A stretch of 64,000 nt of DNA, from positions 217,984-281,983 of the forward strand of contig NW_019091358.1 of NCBI RefSeq assembly GCF_001949145.1, read 5' to 3'. Shown here piece after piece: positions 13,001 to 26,099 of this stretch (positions within the stretch are counted from its first letter, which is position 1; every line of letters starts with the position of its first letter). Position numbers and translations under genes: made by a program. The stretch is from Acanthaster planci. Lineage: Eukaryota. Below the pieces are notes generated by a model. That model was not told where the DNA came from. It worked only from the letters and a program-made list of their open reading frames with translations, and ran no database searches.

Positions 13001-14591
13001 ACAACAGTACAAGAAGAGCACTAGGTTGTGACCAGCCTTCAATGCGCTGCCAAAGCAGTAGACCCTACATGTATTCATGCAACAAAGTAATTAGTTATGT
13101 ACTGAAGTGTCAGCTAATGCACTCCCACATCAACAGTGCTCTCTTCAACAAGCGATGCTGCACCATCCTTACCAAGAGTGTACCTTCTTATGCCCCACTA
13201 CTGCAGTCTAGCATCAGCATCGCACGGAAGACCACTGGGGACCGTGAGTGCATTAGCATTGCAAAGCATGGCCTAGGTACAGTCACGGTCTGCACACTTA
13301 GCCCAAATAAGTAAGCACTACACAGAATATACGGCGTAGTCAACACATTCCCTTTCTTAACGCTGTCCACTGTTGAACTTTTGAGTACCATTATTTTAAT
13401 GACCTTCTATAGCCATGTGCACCCTGCACACAATAGCATGCTTATGTACGTAATACAACTACAGGCCAGATTTACCAATCGCGAACATGCATTCACACAA
13501 TATCATGAAAGCTTAAATCCTCCCTTCCAGCCAGTACCACAGTACCAAAGGAGTTATTCCCCTCCAGCACGGCTGGATTACAAAACACTTCCATCCGACC
13601 TTTGCCTAACCATGTCGCTTTAGTGTCATAGGGTATTCCCTCCTCTGGCACCTGTCTCAAAACTCTGAAAGCCATCTATGCCACTGCCTTTACATTCCAA
13701 CTTGGAGTAACAATTCTTTGCAATTCTCCCAAAAATATATACGTGCACCTGTTATGACGCAAACAGATGGATGTATTGTAACTGACGTGGTTGCAGTCTG
13801 CGCCAAAATGGCTGCATCAAGCCGGAGACTCCCCAAAAACCTATTACAAATGATTGCTTGGCCAAATGACCAAATGAATGGCTAACTGAGCATCCCCGAG
13901 TGAACATATAAGCCTACTACCTATATCAACATTATTGATTCCATTTGGCATGGCGGTCATTTCCGTGTCTTGTAGGCCACTCTGATTTGGCCGACAACTT
14001 TGGTGACCAATTTAAGGTTGCATAGAGAATCAATCCGTACAAATTTCGAGCAGTCTCATACTTGCTTTAATTATGTGCTGAATGTTTTTGTTTTGTGCAA
14101 TGCTGCACTTTCTCTTATATTCGACAATACCTGAATTATCCTCTATTCTCCCGGATACTGCATGCCTCAACTCCATATACCTATCGCCTTCCCCCACCTT
14201 TCACTTGACTGGCTATTCATTGCCTGTTTCCATAACTAAGAGGCTCATTCCCCTTTTATTTTGCTCCTGTCAATTGGCAAGTTACTTTAAGCATGCTTTC
14301 ACAGTGAACAAGGCTCATTCCCCTTTTACCCTGCTCCTCTCTGTCAAGAGGCAAGCCACTCTTTGCCTTCATTGATATAGCCAAGGCACAAATGCTTGAC
14401 CTACTCGCATAGTTTGTGCGTATGCGCCCTGAATGGCACTAAGGCCAGTAGCCAGCAAAATGGCTTTTACTAAGGCCTAAAATTGACCCCCAAAAGCAAT
14501 TGATTTACATGACGTTCAGATGTCGTTGCTTCCCCTTATTTTCATAACGTCAAATTTTTGCCATTTTTTGCCTGTCCTTATCACATACCTT

Positions 14592-14925
14592 TCAAAGTAA
14601 TGGAGTCAGAGATTTAGAAAAGAAGCCAACATTCAGCGGGAATTTCCAGTTTTGCCAGGCTTTACCTGACTTTTCTATGCTTCAGCCTTTCATTTGGTGA
14701 GTCCATCTTTGCTTTGCTTCATGACAGCGAAGGGGGTTGTTCCCCTTTCAACCAGTACCATCAAAGTAATGGAGTCAGAGATTTGGAAGAGAAGCTAGCA
14801 TTTTAGAGGGCATTTCCCAGTTTTGCTGGGATTTCCCGAGACTTTCCCTGCTCCAGCCTTTCCTTTGGCAAGCTCATGTTTGGTTTTCATTATTATAGCC
14901 AGGGACTTATTCCTCTCTCAACCAG
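14592..14925. repeat. Tandem duplication, period ~169 bp
   Basis: tcaaagtaatggagtcagagattt... starts at 14592 and at 14761, with similar downstream sequence. Confidence 0.8.
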
Positions 14926-15792
14926 GCTTTTTGCTTTCTCGCGGAGCCAAACTTTAATTTGTTCTCCCTCTTGGACTAATGGGGGCTCTTTCACCCCTCA
15001 CCTGCTCCTGCCTTTTCGCTGAGCCAATCTTTGATTACTTTCATAGCTAAAGGGCTCCTCCTCTGTTAACATAATTATACATATTCGCAGACATATATAG
15101 ATATAATTTCCATGCAACAGTATTTGTGTCTGTTTCAAGACTCCTTTTTGGGAAGAGGGGGGGTTAAAACTGTTTCAAAGGCATAAAGCTAAATGATTGT
15201 CATCCATTGCACCTATGCCTGGTCCCTTGTACTTCTTGTACACATTCCATAAGGGCTCACTTCGGTGCAATGTTAACGGCGGGAGATTCCCCCCCCCCCT
15301 TTTTTTTTAATACACGGAACCCATCCTAGGTGAGTGAGGAAGTGTTTCGGTGTCTTTCTGTGAGCCGTTGGAAACTTGTGTGTTCAGTGGTTACACTATA
15401 ACATTAAACCAGCAACTAGATTCACCAAATTTAAAATACAAGGAAATGTTTCATCCTTTAATGAACTTTAACAATAACAACATTGACAATTAATCAAAGG
15501 ATATGGCCAGTGGTGCTTTGAGATATCAAATAAAAAAATATGCACGCAGAAGAAAAAACTCTTCAACTGGTTTAGCTGCAGTTCTGACTCTGATAACAGT
15601 CAGTGTCCAAACACTAGGGAGGCTTGAGAATCCACAATTCGGTTCACATTCTGCAGAATTCCTCGTCAACTCGGGTGGTGCTGCTGGTGCTCAAGTCCCA
15701 CTTGGAGGATCCCTTGCAATCTGCTTGGTGGTTCCTCATGTGAACTCCGGTACTGCAATGTAGATCTGGTCCACACAAATTGAACTGCATAG

Positions 15793-15893
15793 CCTGGCCT
15801 GTGATTCCTGCTGACCAGGGTTCAGGTCTGAGGGCAGAGGTCCCCTGGCCTGTGATTCCTGCTGACCACGGTTCAGGTCTGAGGGCAGAGGTC
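15793..15893. repeat. Near-perfect 51-bp tandem duplication
   Basis: cctggcctgtgattcctgctgacca(g/c)ggttcaggtctgagggcagaggtc occurs twice. Confidence 0.95.
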
Positions 15894-18800
15894 AATGGCC
15901 TATCTAGAGTGGCCTCCCACTCATATCAGCTACAGTTCAACTTGACTGCCACCAGCCAGTGATTTGATGTCTTGTGGGAACTCCGCACTACACTATAATA
16001 TTGTTCTACACCTATGATGTAGGTCAACAACCCTTGCAATCACAATCTGAGAGTGTAAACCGAGAGAAGAGCTAGAGTACAATAAATAAAAGCACCCTCC
16101 AAACCATTCAGCACTTTAATATTCTGCTGAATCAAATGTATTTCTGTAGACACATAATACTGCATGAGTACACACTTGCAGTATTAGCCATGTCTGCATA
16201 TCAGTAATGTAACCCTGGTACTCCCATGCACGTATACATATGGACCTAACACAAAACTCCATGTCAGGTAATACATGTATGTAATAATTTGACCCAATTT
16301 TAGCCGAAAAATTATGGAAAGATCTTAATATGGAAACACTTAAATCCCCCTCATATGTCAAACAAATTAAGCATTTAGTTACCTTCACTTTTGTTTATAG
16401 TAAATATGGCACAATCAACAATAATACTGATTTATGAAGTGTTACATGAAAAGTACATAAATGCAACTGGTACGTGAAATACATGTAAAAGGTCTGCAAC
16501 TACACACGTGACTATAACCTCATTGAAATGCACGGTGAATTCTATGATTATTTCCTATTCCCAAATATGATACGCATGTTTGTGTTACCCTTATTTATAC
16601 TGGGTATGCTTTTAAGCTTACCTGAGAGCCACAGGCTTAATTGGATCAAGAATAATTACTGTAGCTTTATATCGGCAAAACTTTGGCGTAACAAGATGAA
16701 ATCACATGAAGAACATGGCATCAAGCAAGTGAGTGATTGAACAGGGGCACTGTCCCACTCATCACATGAGGGCGCTATACCATTTTGAAGCGGGCTACAT
16801 TTCAATCAAATATTAGCCACAAAACCCTAAGAAAACAACACCAACAAATAAAAGCAAGGATGTGGGGACCAAAAGTGAGTTTTTAATTTGTGTCCGCAAG
16901 ATCATATTCAATGAGCTGAAAACCACAATGCCCTTTTAACTTTGCCCCCTGACACCTGAAGCTGGATCCCCCACTTAAGCCCACTTCTTGCAGAAACATT
17001 GCCTTTCACTTCTTCCTTTCGGGCTTATCCCTTGAATCTTTTTCGAAAAGTATTTTGATTTATATCGCAACTGGTGTATCCGTTGCCCTGTATGCCAAAA
17101 TAGCCCTTCACCTTATTTTATAAACCTCAGCCACACCTTTTTGTGGGCGGCCAAAACAACATCTGTCATCATTTTACCATGTATAGCTGTGATGTTGCAA
17201 AAGACTCGTTTCTTGAGGCCATTGTTTCCAAAACTCCTTGTAACTTCCAGGTCAAAACTGAAACTTTTTAAATTGGGTCAGTGCCACAAATTGCACACCC
17301 TGCCTGGAGTCACCCTCCTTGAATATCAACGGGCTGATCTGGTCATGTGGGCCTATTGCCCACAATTTGCTATCGAGCTGTACTGTGCAAAGTTGCTCAC
17401 TGTCTTTTAAATTTCTCCTCACCTCATTTAGTCGCCAAATAACCGATCACTGTGAGCTATCTTATAATAACCCCATTATCATAGCTTCTTGGTCAAACTA
17501 TACCAAAATAGCATTTTAGCCAGAGTATTTGCGACTAATGCCAATTCCATCCTTTGTATTTCTCAATGTCGGCTCACGCTCAGAACCATGGTGCATAACA
17601 CCATTAAGCACTTAAAGGCTGTCTAGCACCAACACACAGCCAGTTATCTCTTGAAAATGCCCTTGCCTTATGTATTGTCAGATGTCTAACCAAGGGGCCT
17701 GTCTATCTATTTGCTAATTCCCATTTCTCGTAATACCCCATTATTGTTCTGTCGTGACCCCCCAAAACACTAATTCACATATGTGCGTCAATGTTTTCAG
17801 AAGATTTTGCAAGGGTATCCAACCTGTGACCACGTTCATAAAAGTATAGCACCGAGGCTTTCTCATAGGTCTAAATGAAAATCTTCCCACTCCCAATCGG
17901 CCCGAACCGAGCATCACAAAATGGCGTGTGTGCTTGCAACAATGTCACTGAAGTCTGAATGGTCCTAGCAAACTGAGGAATTCGATTTATAATTCATGCG
18001 CATTTAATACCTAAAGAATGCACACTATGATGCTAAAATGGTCAAAATGTTCCTTCACTGAGCCTGTAAAGGCTGCAAACCCTAGCCGTTTAGGTCTACA
18101 TTCCATGTTTGTTATTATGTTAATAAGGGCGTTCCATCAGAGACTTTATTCGCCCTGAGCATTTCCTGCCATCTGCCCTAAATCCATCCGTCTTGAATTA
18201 AAGGAGCACCATCGGGGTAATCCCGACCAGGTCCTTCACTTTGTGTGATATTTTACACATAACATGAATTATCTTTACGTAACAAGCCATTAAACAGGGT
18301 CATCTCCTAATAAAACGAAACATGGAAAATGTGTTTATGTCATCTTTGATAGGTCTGCTGTGCTGCCCAGCACAACTTGCAAAACCTTGTTGGGCCACCG
18401 AATGCCTGCACACATAGGACTACTACAGTCGATTTTCATACTACTCCTTGCTTATTAATTTTAAGACCTCTCCCACAAGGAAGCTTCCATGATGAATGCA
18501 ATCTCAGGCTAGGGTGGTGGGTTCCTATATGCCTGGTATGTGACAAAAGAACATACATGCCCATGGACATCTACAGAGTCAATATTCACCGAAATATAAG
18601 GCTCTATTTGTCGGGCCGCTGACATTGTCGCACCCACCAATTTTAACAGCCACTCCCCTCGCAGAAGGCAAAAAGCAAGCCAAATCAATGAAACTTGTAG
18701 AATATTGTAAATACTGAAACGCCCCAGGAGATGGAAGGGGGTCTAACCATGGTCTAAATGCTTTGCTCCTGGGGCGTTTGAATGCAAAGACCAAAATGGG

Positions 18801-20905
18801 GTTAGGATATCTCCTACCTGTTCTCTCTGGATTTAGATAAACCTTCCCTCCAACCACCAACTCTACCTCCACCACAATGGGAGAATGAACCATTGACCCC
18901 ATCCACAAAGCCTTTCCTTAGCGTTTCCATTTAAAACTCTTGGCAAGCTGACCAATTTAGTAGGATCATGGAAACGGCATGAGTACAACTGGAGCGAATA
19001 GGAAACGTGTGCGACTGCAGAGCAACACAATTTCATACTGATGGCCTCTTGCGCCCTCACTCTCACAGCGATGCAAATAGTGCATCCTAAATTCATGACA
19101 TCCATGGAACAGGAGTACCAGCATGTGAAATAATTTCAACAGAAAAACATGGTTTCAGTAGTCAGTAAGATACTGCATTAACTATTAAATTAATGAAAAT
19201 CTAGATGAGTTTACAGTGGTATGACTATGGTCAAGAAGTCTGGTGTCAAGAGGCACTGATTCTTTACTGCTGTTTGGCCTTTTTCATCTAATCAAATCCC
19301 TAAGGGATTAAAGGGAAAATACAAGTTGCTTAATAGAATCCTTGAGTTCAACAGGAGTTCAAGCTCTCTACTCAGGCTTTCTGATAAAAGTGGATTTGTA
19401 GTAGTTTTCAGGAACTTCTTGGCTGGTCTATCTATGCCAATGATAAATAGATCATAGATGAACCGGGATGGTCCTTTCCCTCGATCTAAAGTGCAAAAGA
19501 TTGATTGATCGTAGTCCTTGTGTTGTGAATTATTTCAAATCTCAGAAGACAACATAATAGACAAAAGTAAAGTTATGAGAAAGGAAAACTGGAATGAATA
19601 AAAATTGAAATCAAGGAGTTTTAGCAAAGAAGAAATTAGGATTATTTTAAAATACAAAATTAACACACATGCGTATCAAGCTAAATGGACTATTGGGAGA
19701 AAAAGAACAATACATTATAAGTTAAGTAAATTATGAATCTTGATCACTGTGAGAAGGGGTGGAATCCTGATTTTGAGGGTTGCTGTTAATGAAAAGTTTG
19801 ACCATGCTTTCTGCAGACCAATCCCACACAGCAGTATCAGTGTCCCTGTGAGGCTGAGAAAATGGCATCTTGAAGATAAATCAGAGTGATTTTACAGCTA
19901 TCATCCATTAGACACACAGGCTTGTTTGGGAAACATTGGAATCTTTCATTACAAAAGATAGGGTGAATATTGGTTTCTAGCTCTTCAATCCGCCAGAAAG
20001 GAAATTGTGATTGTAACCTACAGGCTAATGACCCATTCATGGCCCTTGGAAGGCAGAAAACAGATGGCTACATTTACTTTGCCATCAAAAAGCAGAAAAG
20101 TAGGATTCATGGTTGTAGTCCAAACGTTTGATCTACTTATGTGCTGGCCCAAAAGGAGAAAAGCAGATGGCCACTTTTTGGCTGCCTTAGTAAACTCTGC
20201 TTTTTTGGTACTCCAGTAGCAGCAAAGTAGAATGAACACTTGTCAAAACATTCAATCCACTTTTCTGCTTTTATGACAGGCAATCACTTTTCAGCCCCCA
20301 GCAAATAGAGGAAATGTAAAATCTCTTTTTCTGGTAGCAGAATAGCAAAAAAGCAATAATAGCAAAATGCATTTTCTAAGTCTGTTCTGATAGCAGAAAA
20401 TCAGATGGCTACTTTTTGTCCTCCGTAAGTTGTTGCCCTCTATATTTTATTTCCATGGATAGATTCTTCCCCTCCCCAGAACTCAGTTGTCCCATATCTA
20501 ATATTCTTTGAATTTGGCATGCATGTACACACACTCATTGTCAGTACAAAGGTGAAGTTTCAATTCAATCCAACATATGGCTTTGTTGTGGCCTAATGAA
20601 GTTCAAGGCCACATGTGCTAGCCTGCATGTGTCAAGTAGATCAATGAAAAAGGTCTCAGAAAATGGGCACTGTGCAAGAATGCTACACTCAAATTTCACA
20701 AATTGATGTCAAAATGACCAAGATTTAAAAAAAAAATCTCCTGAAGCCTGGGCACATGAAAAAAAGCCTGTGACACTATCGGAAAAAAGTCAAGGGGTGA
20801 CAGATTCTGCCCCTCCTATGCTCTTGCAGGGTTGAAGTATACAGTAAAAGTTTTTGATCACCTATGACCTTACCAAAATTTGTTCTTGTTTGTCTATACA
20901 TGTAG

Positions 20906-21098
20906 CCTTCAACCTCGGGGACTTCCACACAGGAAACAAGCTTGCCAGGTATTTCACCATACAAAAACCAGGCAGCCCCAGTAAAAATCACAAATGTACA
21001 GCTCCAAGGGGCATCAATGGACAGATTCAATTGGGGCCAGCCTACCCAGCATTCAACAGTCGAAGAGCAAATGGGGTACCCACAAGACAGTTTGAGAG
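20906..21098 (+). CDS. LRRC9: LRRC9-like gene, coding exon after a ~16-kb intron
   Basis: Boundaries are catgtag|CCT...AGAG|gtagga; 193 nt, phase 0/1, open: PSTSGTSTQETSLPGISPYKNQAAPVKITNVQLQG...DSLR. PVKITNVQL resembles the recalled LRRC9 tail motif PIEITNVLL, and the phase fits the previous exon. Confidence 0.7.
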
Positions 21099-21864
21099 GT
21101 AGGAATCTTGCTTTTCAGTAAATTCCTATGGTACAATAACGTCTCTCAATTTGTCATCGTATCTTGAAAGGTTTGCTGTTTGGGACTGTAAGCTAGACCA
21201 TTTTAGTGAAGTTGTTTATTGAAGTATTAAGTCATCCTTAAAGGGTTGATCTGCCAGAGGCTGACATGAAAATTCTCTAATTTTGAAATACTTGTTTTGG
21301 ATGTTAAATTATTTCTCGCTAGAATAAAATTAAACAATTTAAATAGATAAGCATTTCCTCGACAGAAGGTATTTTAGGATAAAAAGAATCTGTAAGAATT
21401 ACAATCACATGACAAATTATAAGGCAAATTGTAATGACCTCAACCTTTCAGCAAGTGAAAAACGGGGACTCTTAGTGTTAATAAGTATTTAATTGACTTT
21501 ATAATAGGCAATTGCAAAAAAATGAAAATGGCATTATAGCGACTTATTTTCATCAAATTTCACTTATTAATTTCTAGGTTGTGTGAACGCTCTTGCGCAA
21601 GAACGGTATTAAGGCAGAAAAATCATGCCTGCCTTACTAAACAGGCTGCCCTTCTTTGTTTAGTTTACAGACCTCGTGTGCACTTGAGAACAAAAGAAAT
21701 CGACATAATTTAGAGTTTAGATGAACTGGCACACATTTGCACATTGTATCCACCTTTCTGAAATACAGTTTGGAAGCATCGCTGAGATTTCGTATTGTTA
21801 ACACAACTTGGTAACTGTACACATAGGCATGTTGGGCAGGTTAAATACCAAGTGCACGTGTCAT

Positions 21865-22511
21865 TAGTGTGGAGGGACTGTCTGGTACAGTTTGACATTT
21901 GCGACAAAAATGGCAAAAGGTCACACAAATATGTATAAAAATTATAAAAATATGAATAGGAATGAGGTGTAGGGTAAAATGTATGGCACAAGATGACCTA
22001 GGGATGAATGGCAATAGGATAAGGTCGGAAAGTGGGGTACAAGATGATCTTGTCTATGGGATAAAATATGAATAAGGTATATCACAGGGGTAAAAATTTT
22101 TGGTACAATTTTACCTTTCTTATGAAATGATCGATGGTCATGAGACGATGATTCATAGGTGGTGTGATGTCATGGAAAAATCCCAAGTGGCCTTCAGGGA
22201 GGTCCTAAGGTAATCAAGGTGTAGGAAGCGATAGGGCGCCCACTCTCCTTTAGTGTCCAAGGATTAAAGTCGGACCAACACTTACTTCCAACGTATACAA
22301 TATGATCATTAACACAATAGTCAGCCAACACAGCCCACCCACTACGTACAGTCAATTGTCTAGGAATTATCTGTATCATTACCTGGCAGCACGTACGACC
22401 CTTTATTTAGGGATCATCGCTTCCTACTCCTTGATTACCTTGCCATATTTATGTGGCTTTTTGCTATTTTGTCACAAAGGTCAAACTGTACCAGACAGTT
22501 CCCCTACACTA
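21865..22511. mobile_element. MITE / non-autonomous DNA transposon with ~65-bp TIRs
   Basis: The left end tagtgtggagggactgtctggtacagtttgacatttgcgacaaaaatggcaaaagg... matches the reverse complement of the right end, tagtgtaggggaactgtctggtacagtttgacctttgtgacaaaatagcaaaaag. There is a TA at both extremities. Confidence 0.8.
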
Positions 22512-22733
22512 CTCATGTTGCCTGCTGCTCATGTTCTACAACATGCGAATCCCCTCTTATTTTGTGTACACACAGAGTCGACGGAGTCTGTAGAGATGGA
22601 CCATTTGTTGAACTTGGCAGCTGTGCATTGCCTGTTGTGGTAGTAAATACTCCTCAGTGTGTTAGCCCTAGAGTGTGGAAAAATGTGAGGTTGCCTTTAA
22701 AAAACAACATAGAAATACCGTTCAAATGACTCT

Positions 22734-23121
22734 TGTTACGTGCGGAGAACGCACGGCAGAAGAAAAATCAAAAGACGGGAACCAGGACACTAAAACATAC
22801 GAGCAAAGAACAATAAAGGAGCTAATTTGGAATAACATTTAATTATAAACTTAAATCAGCAAAGCAGTAGATTAAAACAAAGTAAATCTAGTGGTTTGCT
22901 GCAACTTAAACTTCTCATGCAAGAACACTGTGAATTTGAACAGTCAAAAGCATAAAAGGAAATTATTTACATTAGCACAACCAAGCACAATTAATTACAA
23001 TGAAAATTAGCAAGCCGGCAAAAACATATTAATACGCAAAGAGGCAAATTATATTCGGCTGAGTATAATTACCTTAAGCAGCCAACACAAGAGAAGCACC
23101 CCTACACTCCGCGCCATAACA
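22734..23121. mobile_element. Putative solo LTR
   Basis: It has TGTTA...TAACA termini, is 388 bp long and has an A-rich body. No TSD was found. Confidence 0.35.
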
Positions 23122-24024
23122 GCCCAGTTCAGACAGGTACATGTAGGTCAGTGTCGATCCCCGAGATTCGGCTTCCACATGGAGCCACGACACTCCAGGG
23201 TCCACGGTCCCTCAGCGGTGTCAGCCTTGGCCACGGTCCAGCAGTAAAGAAAAGACGACAAGGAGGTGCTGACCCAACGCTGGCTATTTCGGAATGCACA
23301 TGCTAAAAGCATATAGGCATTGACTGAGAGCAAAATCAATGACTACGGAGTCTTTTAGGTTTTTTGGAACATGCGTAAATTCCACGCGTACCTTTTCAGG
23401 GAGACACAAAAGGATTTGGATCAACTGGGATCATAACACTCTTGCAAATCAGTAGCGTGTGGCTGTGTACATGTATATCACAATTTGGCTTCTTTTTCTT
23501 GCCTTTTCAAAATTTGTCATTTTTGGCTCATAATAACATTGTCTGTTGATGGAAAACTATGTGAAACCAAAGGTATATCCATGTAAGGTATATATAGTTA
23601 TTAGAACATACATGTAGTATATGAATTTTAACTTGGTATGTTGGTTGATCTTTGTGTCCTCTGAAAGTATTTTGATTTGGGGCCCTTTAGGTGAAGGGTC
23701 AAGAGCGTTAAAAAAAGGAACTTGAGATCTTATACTCTATTACTAAAGTTTGCTAATCCAGCCGCATTTGAAAAGACGCCACTCGCATTCACTTGGGACA
23801 AAGGAAATTAAGCAACACCTCACAATTCTGGGCTCTCTTTACAGGACAGCAGGCCCGGCTGAAATATTCAGGAGTCAATGAAGGTTATACTGTCCGCTTA
23901 GAGTAGCAACCAAACGGTCATTCGTTTGGGTGTAAACATCCATTAAATGAAATGATGAATTTTTAAAGAATTTTCAAAACTGAAAATCTTGAAAATCGCC
24001 CATATGTGTGCACTGCATTTTTAA

Positions 24025-25361
24025 CCACTTGCTGCCGGGTGTTTTTTTTAACCATTATATGTGCCTGCCAGGCTGTTTTTCATATTTTCGTTCTTCAAAA
24101 ATTCATATCCTTTTTTGAAGTGTAACCCCCATAGAATGACTGTCTTGTGCGAGTCTAGCCCCACTAGTAACCTCCATTGACCCGTCGGTTTTGCAGCCAC
24201 GCTCTGTATAAGGCCCCCTTGGTGTAGTGTTGCATAGCTTTGCGATGCCCATCATTATGCAAAGGCCCAGAAAGGCCTTCAGTTCTCTAGTGTTCAGATC
24301 AGTCCGTGATCGCATGTGCACTGATGTCGTAGTGGGCCTCTGCACGGCATACCGGTTGGTCTCTTGCTCTCTCTTGTTGTAGAGAACATTGTCAAAAAAC
24401 AGCTCAAAGGCCTCACTGCATGTTGTGCTGCGATGCAGGCAGGGAACAACAGCACCACCATTGAAGCCGTAAAGCAGTGAAACCTTACTTCATGCAGTGT
24501 ACTGTTTTCATCTGTCCACCGGAACGGTACAGCACTGCCGCTGATCAACGCGGGGGTCTGTGTAGGGGACTGTCCCTTGTGCTTGGTGTATACCGCCAAG
24601 GGCACATCACTGTCTATTTCTGTACTTGACTGTACTTGAGCAGGTGACGGCAGTGATGAAGAAGACGAGGAACCCTCGTCTGAACCGAGATAAAACTCAC
24701 GTTCATCATTGGAAGAACAGGACTCCCTGGATATAACTTCAGCCATGTTGTCTGCGCTCTGATAACTCGAGACCCAATATGCACACAAATAGCCACTGCA
24801 CGGCAATTTTATTCTAAAGTAGCATCGGGCCGAGCCCTGTCTTTCTACGTGGTAACGGTCAGCAGCTCCCGGGCCAGGTCATTCATGGGGCACACCTGCA
24901 TAATGAGCCTGCTCAGCCTGTGCTTTGTTTTCAGTGATAATCCACTGTGAGCGCCCGGCAGCCTGAACAATAGCACTCTGCATAAACAATACACGGATTA
25001 CGTCTGCTAATGGCCAGCACTCTGCACTGAAAGAAAACTGGGATTGATTTGCAGCTCCCGGCAGCTCGGTCTTTTAATGCAGGATTTTATAACTTCGGTC
25101 ACCCCGGCAATGAAATAAAGCCCCATTTCTCCGGCCCCGGGCCAGCAACCCATTATTGCCTATGAGCAATTTATTTACCTCAGCTGATGGCCTAAACTTT
25201 TTTAACTGACAGCAACAAACTTTTTAAAAAATGCTCAGAACCTTTTTTCTTTTAATTAAACTTCCAATTTCAGATACCCCGGTCATGGATAGGCCTTAGC
25301 CTATGTGTCCGGTACCGGACACCCCGTCACGAAGTGGCTATAAGCACCCGGCAGCGTGTGA
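24025..25361 (-). mobile_element. Internally deleted piggyBac transposon
   Basis: TTAA lies at 24021-24024 and 25362-25365, with 17-bp imperfect TIRs (ccacttgctgccgggtg / cacccggcagcgtgtga). The minus strand encodes an acidic N-terminus from ATG 24746, then FELFFDNVL...ETNRYAVQ...ELKAFLGLCIMMGIAKL, the start of the piggyBac DDE_Tnp_1_7 region. The catalytic core is deleted. Confidence 0.92.
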
Positions 25362-25458
25362 TTAAGGAGGTTTTAGATGGGTTTTCAAAAATTCCCAGAA
25401 AGATAAGATTGTTAATAAATGAGAATACAGTCATTCATATATTTTCTTTTCCCATTAG

Positions 25459-25647
25459 CTCCAAACAGAAGGCAGCGTTCTGTGCCATCAGATACGACCA
25501 TGTCCCCAACCACCAGTGGGGTGAGAGCAGTGCTGTCCAGCCACATTCAAGGTCATTCTAGGACCCAGTATCAACCTCAGCATCAAGTGCCATATGTACC
25601 TCATCAGGGACACTACCAAGGAGGTGCTTCTCGTGATGACGGAGGGG
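25459..25647 (+). CDS. LRRC9: Probable further LRRC9-like coding exon (low-complexity tail)
   Basis: Boundaries are ttttcttttcccattag|CT...GGG G|gtaaag; 189 nt, phase 1/1, open in the required frame (APNRRQRSVPSDTT...HYQGGASRDDGG). Alternatively it reads through to TGA at 25665-25667. Confidence 0.55.
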
Positions 25648-26099
25648 GTAAAGGTCTACTAAAATGAGTGGAGACATCACACGTCATGACTGTGCTGTTT
25701 TCTACCTGTGACTTAACTCAGACCATAGAAAAATGGCAAAATTGACAATGGCTCAAATTCTTCAGTTACATATATTCATGGCAATTTCTTGGCTTGTGTC
25801 CCCAGATTATAATAGGAAGCCAGGTTTGGTGCATCAATTTGAAAACATTTTGTGCGAACATGATGTTGCAGGTCACTTACATACTGTCTGCCAATTATCA
25901 CTCACATGTCCTACTATTTATTAGCATAGTCTGTTGCTGCCTAATTGCCTCCTGTGATAGCGTTTTATCTGGAGATAGCACCCCATAATATTGGTGGTTT
26001 GTGATCATGGAATAAATCACAGGGAAGCCTTGGAACCAAGAGTAATATACTATCCAACAATAGCCATGCATAAGAGCCGATCACCTTATAAATGGTGCA

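Noticed and set aside
15343..16043. Solo LTR around the 51-bp duplication
   Set aside because: TG...CA ends are possible, but there is no TSD or second copy.
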